Assembly (NCBI GenBank): GCA_016748015.1
Contig: JAAOMT010000128.1
Coordinates: 1,185,538 to 1,249,537, forward strand
DNA length: 64,000 nucleotides
Source: Geosiphon pyriformis uo1
Taxonomy: Eukaryota; Fungi; Glomeromycota
Direction of reading: 5' to 3'
In this document: positions 62,155 to 64,000 of the stretch, in pieces
Layout: each line of letters opens with the position of its first letter
Position numbering within the stretch: position 1 is the stretch's first letter
Program-made: the position numbers and the translations under genes
The notes under the pieces: generated by a model
Database searches by the model: none
Told to the model about the DNA's origin: nothing
What the model saw: only the letters and a program-made list of their open reading frames with translations

Positions 62155-64000
62155 TTTTTTTTTTTTTTTACATTTATTGAGTGAAGTCCAAACACTACCT
62201 AATGAAATACATCAAATAATTAATCTAAATTAAGCACAAATCATGTGTTTTCCATACATGACCAGCCATTTAGGCCAATCATGACAACATTAAGCACTTA
62301 TACTAACAGAAACCACATCAAAAGCATTAGAAATAAACAAACTAAACCTACGAAAACCGAAACTAACACCTAAGGCTACATCAATACCCAACAATCTGAT
62401 AACCCCAGCAGAGTAAACAAAAGATAGGCCAGATTTAGAATTAAACAAAGAACTGTTACGAGGGATCAAGTTATGCTTTTCTATAAAGGCACGATGCTTA
62501 GCATAAACTGACCAAATCTCATCCCTAAAAGCGAAACACAGAGCACACACAAAGTTCACAACCTTCACTTCAGCACTCTTAGAATCACCAAACATGAAGA
62601 CCGCTTCATGAAACCACCTCTTAAAAACAAATCCTTTGCACAAGGCAATATAGAACAAAGTGTTCAAAACACAAGAGGACAAAAATTGTAACACACTAAA
62701 AGTGGAATGACAAAGGCCGGAAATATTCTCCCAAATCATTGCGTAGTCCTCCAGAAGATGAACATGAGTAGCAGTATCAGCATCACAGAAAAAAACATGG
62801 TCAGAGACCTCCACACAGCCACAAAATAAGCAGATCACACTTGGGTAACCTCTATCATAAAGGTGTTTGCAAACAGTGATAGGCAGCCTGCGATGTAAAG
62901 CTTTCATGAAATATGTGCGAATGCCAGCAGTGCATTTACTAGTAGGACCAGCAGCCATATGTGAATTAGGATGCCAGACAGAGGCAGACCTCCACCAATT
63001 AATGTCCGCCAACAAATCTTGAGTAACAACATTGGTGCCTGAACCATACTTCCAGCACAGACAATGAATAGAATGAAAAATGTCATGAATGAAATGTCTA
63101 GAATTACCTGAAACAATATTATCACCAGCCAAGATATATCTTTCATTCAACCAGGAGGAAAGAATCAAATTAGAGGAAGTAGCATGGCCAGCCAGCTCAT
63201 TAGCATGGTCGTTGCCAAAATTACCAGAATGGTCTTTAACCTTATGTCAGGTGATTTTCAACCTCTTTGAGTGTACAAGATTTGCAATATGATGGTGTTC
63301 TACTCAACAGTGATTACAAAAATCTGGATGAGACACACTTAATTCAAATCTGTAAGCATCCAATGCTGCCTGACTGTCCGAGAACAAACTAACACTACTA
63401 AACACTGGAACACACTTGAGGGTAAGTGCTATTGCCTGCAATTCTGCTAGTGTAAATGACATCAAATCTGAAACCTTGACTCCCATACCTATGTTAATGT
63501 CATCAAAGAAAACCGCTGCACCAGACCTTATGTTAACAGACCCCAAGCCAGACAAAGAACCATCTGTGTACACTGAGATGCAACCAGCACTCAGACCAGA
63601 TAAGTGATCATGAACCAAACCAAACTCAATGGAATTCAAAATACTAGAGACATCAGCATTACCCAACAATGGATTTTGCACAGAAGAAGCTATCATATTA
63701 CCCAGAAATTTAATAGACAAGATGAACCACTCAGGAATAAGGCCATGTGGATCCAGCCTTTTTCAATGCTTAAAAGTCACCCACTTAAAAACACCACCTT
63801 TATGACCACATAATTGTTTCACAAAGACAATACCATACTGCCGAAGTGAAGGAAGACACCTGGAGAAATTTGACTCACCAAGCACCAAAAACATGGGAGT
63901 ACCATCGTGAAACCAGAATGCACTGGGTCCAGCATCGCTTAAAGATAAACTGCAATCTCTAAATATATGAATGACACCCGCTAAAAAGTTGTTTGTGAGG
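62155..64000 (-). mobile_element. 3' part of a second LINE copy (RNase H, zinc finger, tail, poly-A), running off the right edge
   Basis: YTDGSLSGLG...AELQAIAL...SDSQAALD; HSGNFGNDHANELA; CLFCGCVEVSDHVFFC; T-run at 62155-62169. Confidence 0.9.

Overview
This is eukaryotic, intron-rich, AT-rich fungal DNA. The short GT-AG introns, the gene set and the TE types suggest an early-diverging fungus such as Glomeromycotina/Mucoromycota; this is an inference, not checked against a database. The window has three parts. (i) 1-28,000 is a nested retroelement graveyard: two different Ty3/Gypsy families that both carry a dUTPase and an unexplained Cys-rich domain between protease and RT, two solo LTRs with reconstructable CpG-centred target-site duplications, LINE 3' fragments, an ORF1-only element carrying the LINE 3' tail, and near-pure AT deserts. 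The second Gypsy copy is gap-ridden, locally mis-assembled and contains a Nextera adapter. (ii) 28,600-51,700 is an island of eight host genes: AP-1 beta adaptin, DEK-C/CHZ HIRIP3-like histone chaperone, Zn2Cys6 transcription factor, mitochondrial pyruvate-dehydrogenase-kinase-family kinase, ricin-B lectin, ZNF277-like protein, FET/FUS-like RNA-binding protein, and an Rrm4-like 3xRRM-3xMLLE protein. (iii) 54,000-64,000 holds a near full-length decayed LINE (ORF1 plus APE-RT-RNase H-ZnF, poly-A) and the 3' end of a second LINE. The most notable observations are a HAL1-like ORF1-only non-autonomous retroelement sharing the LINE 3' tail, a conserved uncharacterised multi-Cys domain in dUTPase-bearing Gypsy pol, and a predicted single-nucleotide exon in the kinase gene. 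Boundaries of decayed elements and exon structures were read by eye and are approximate.
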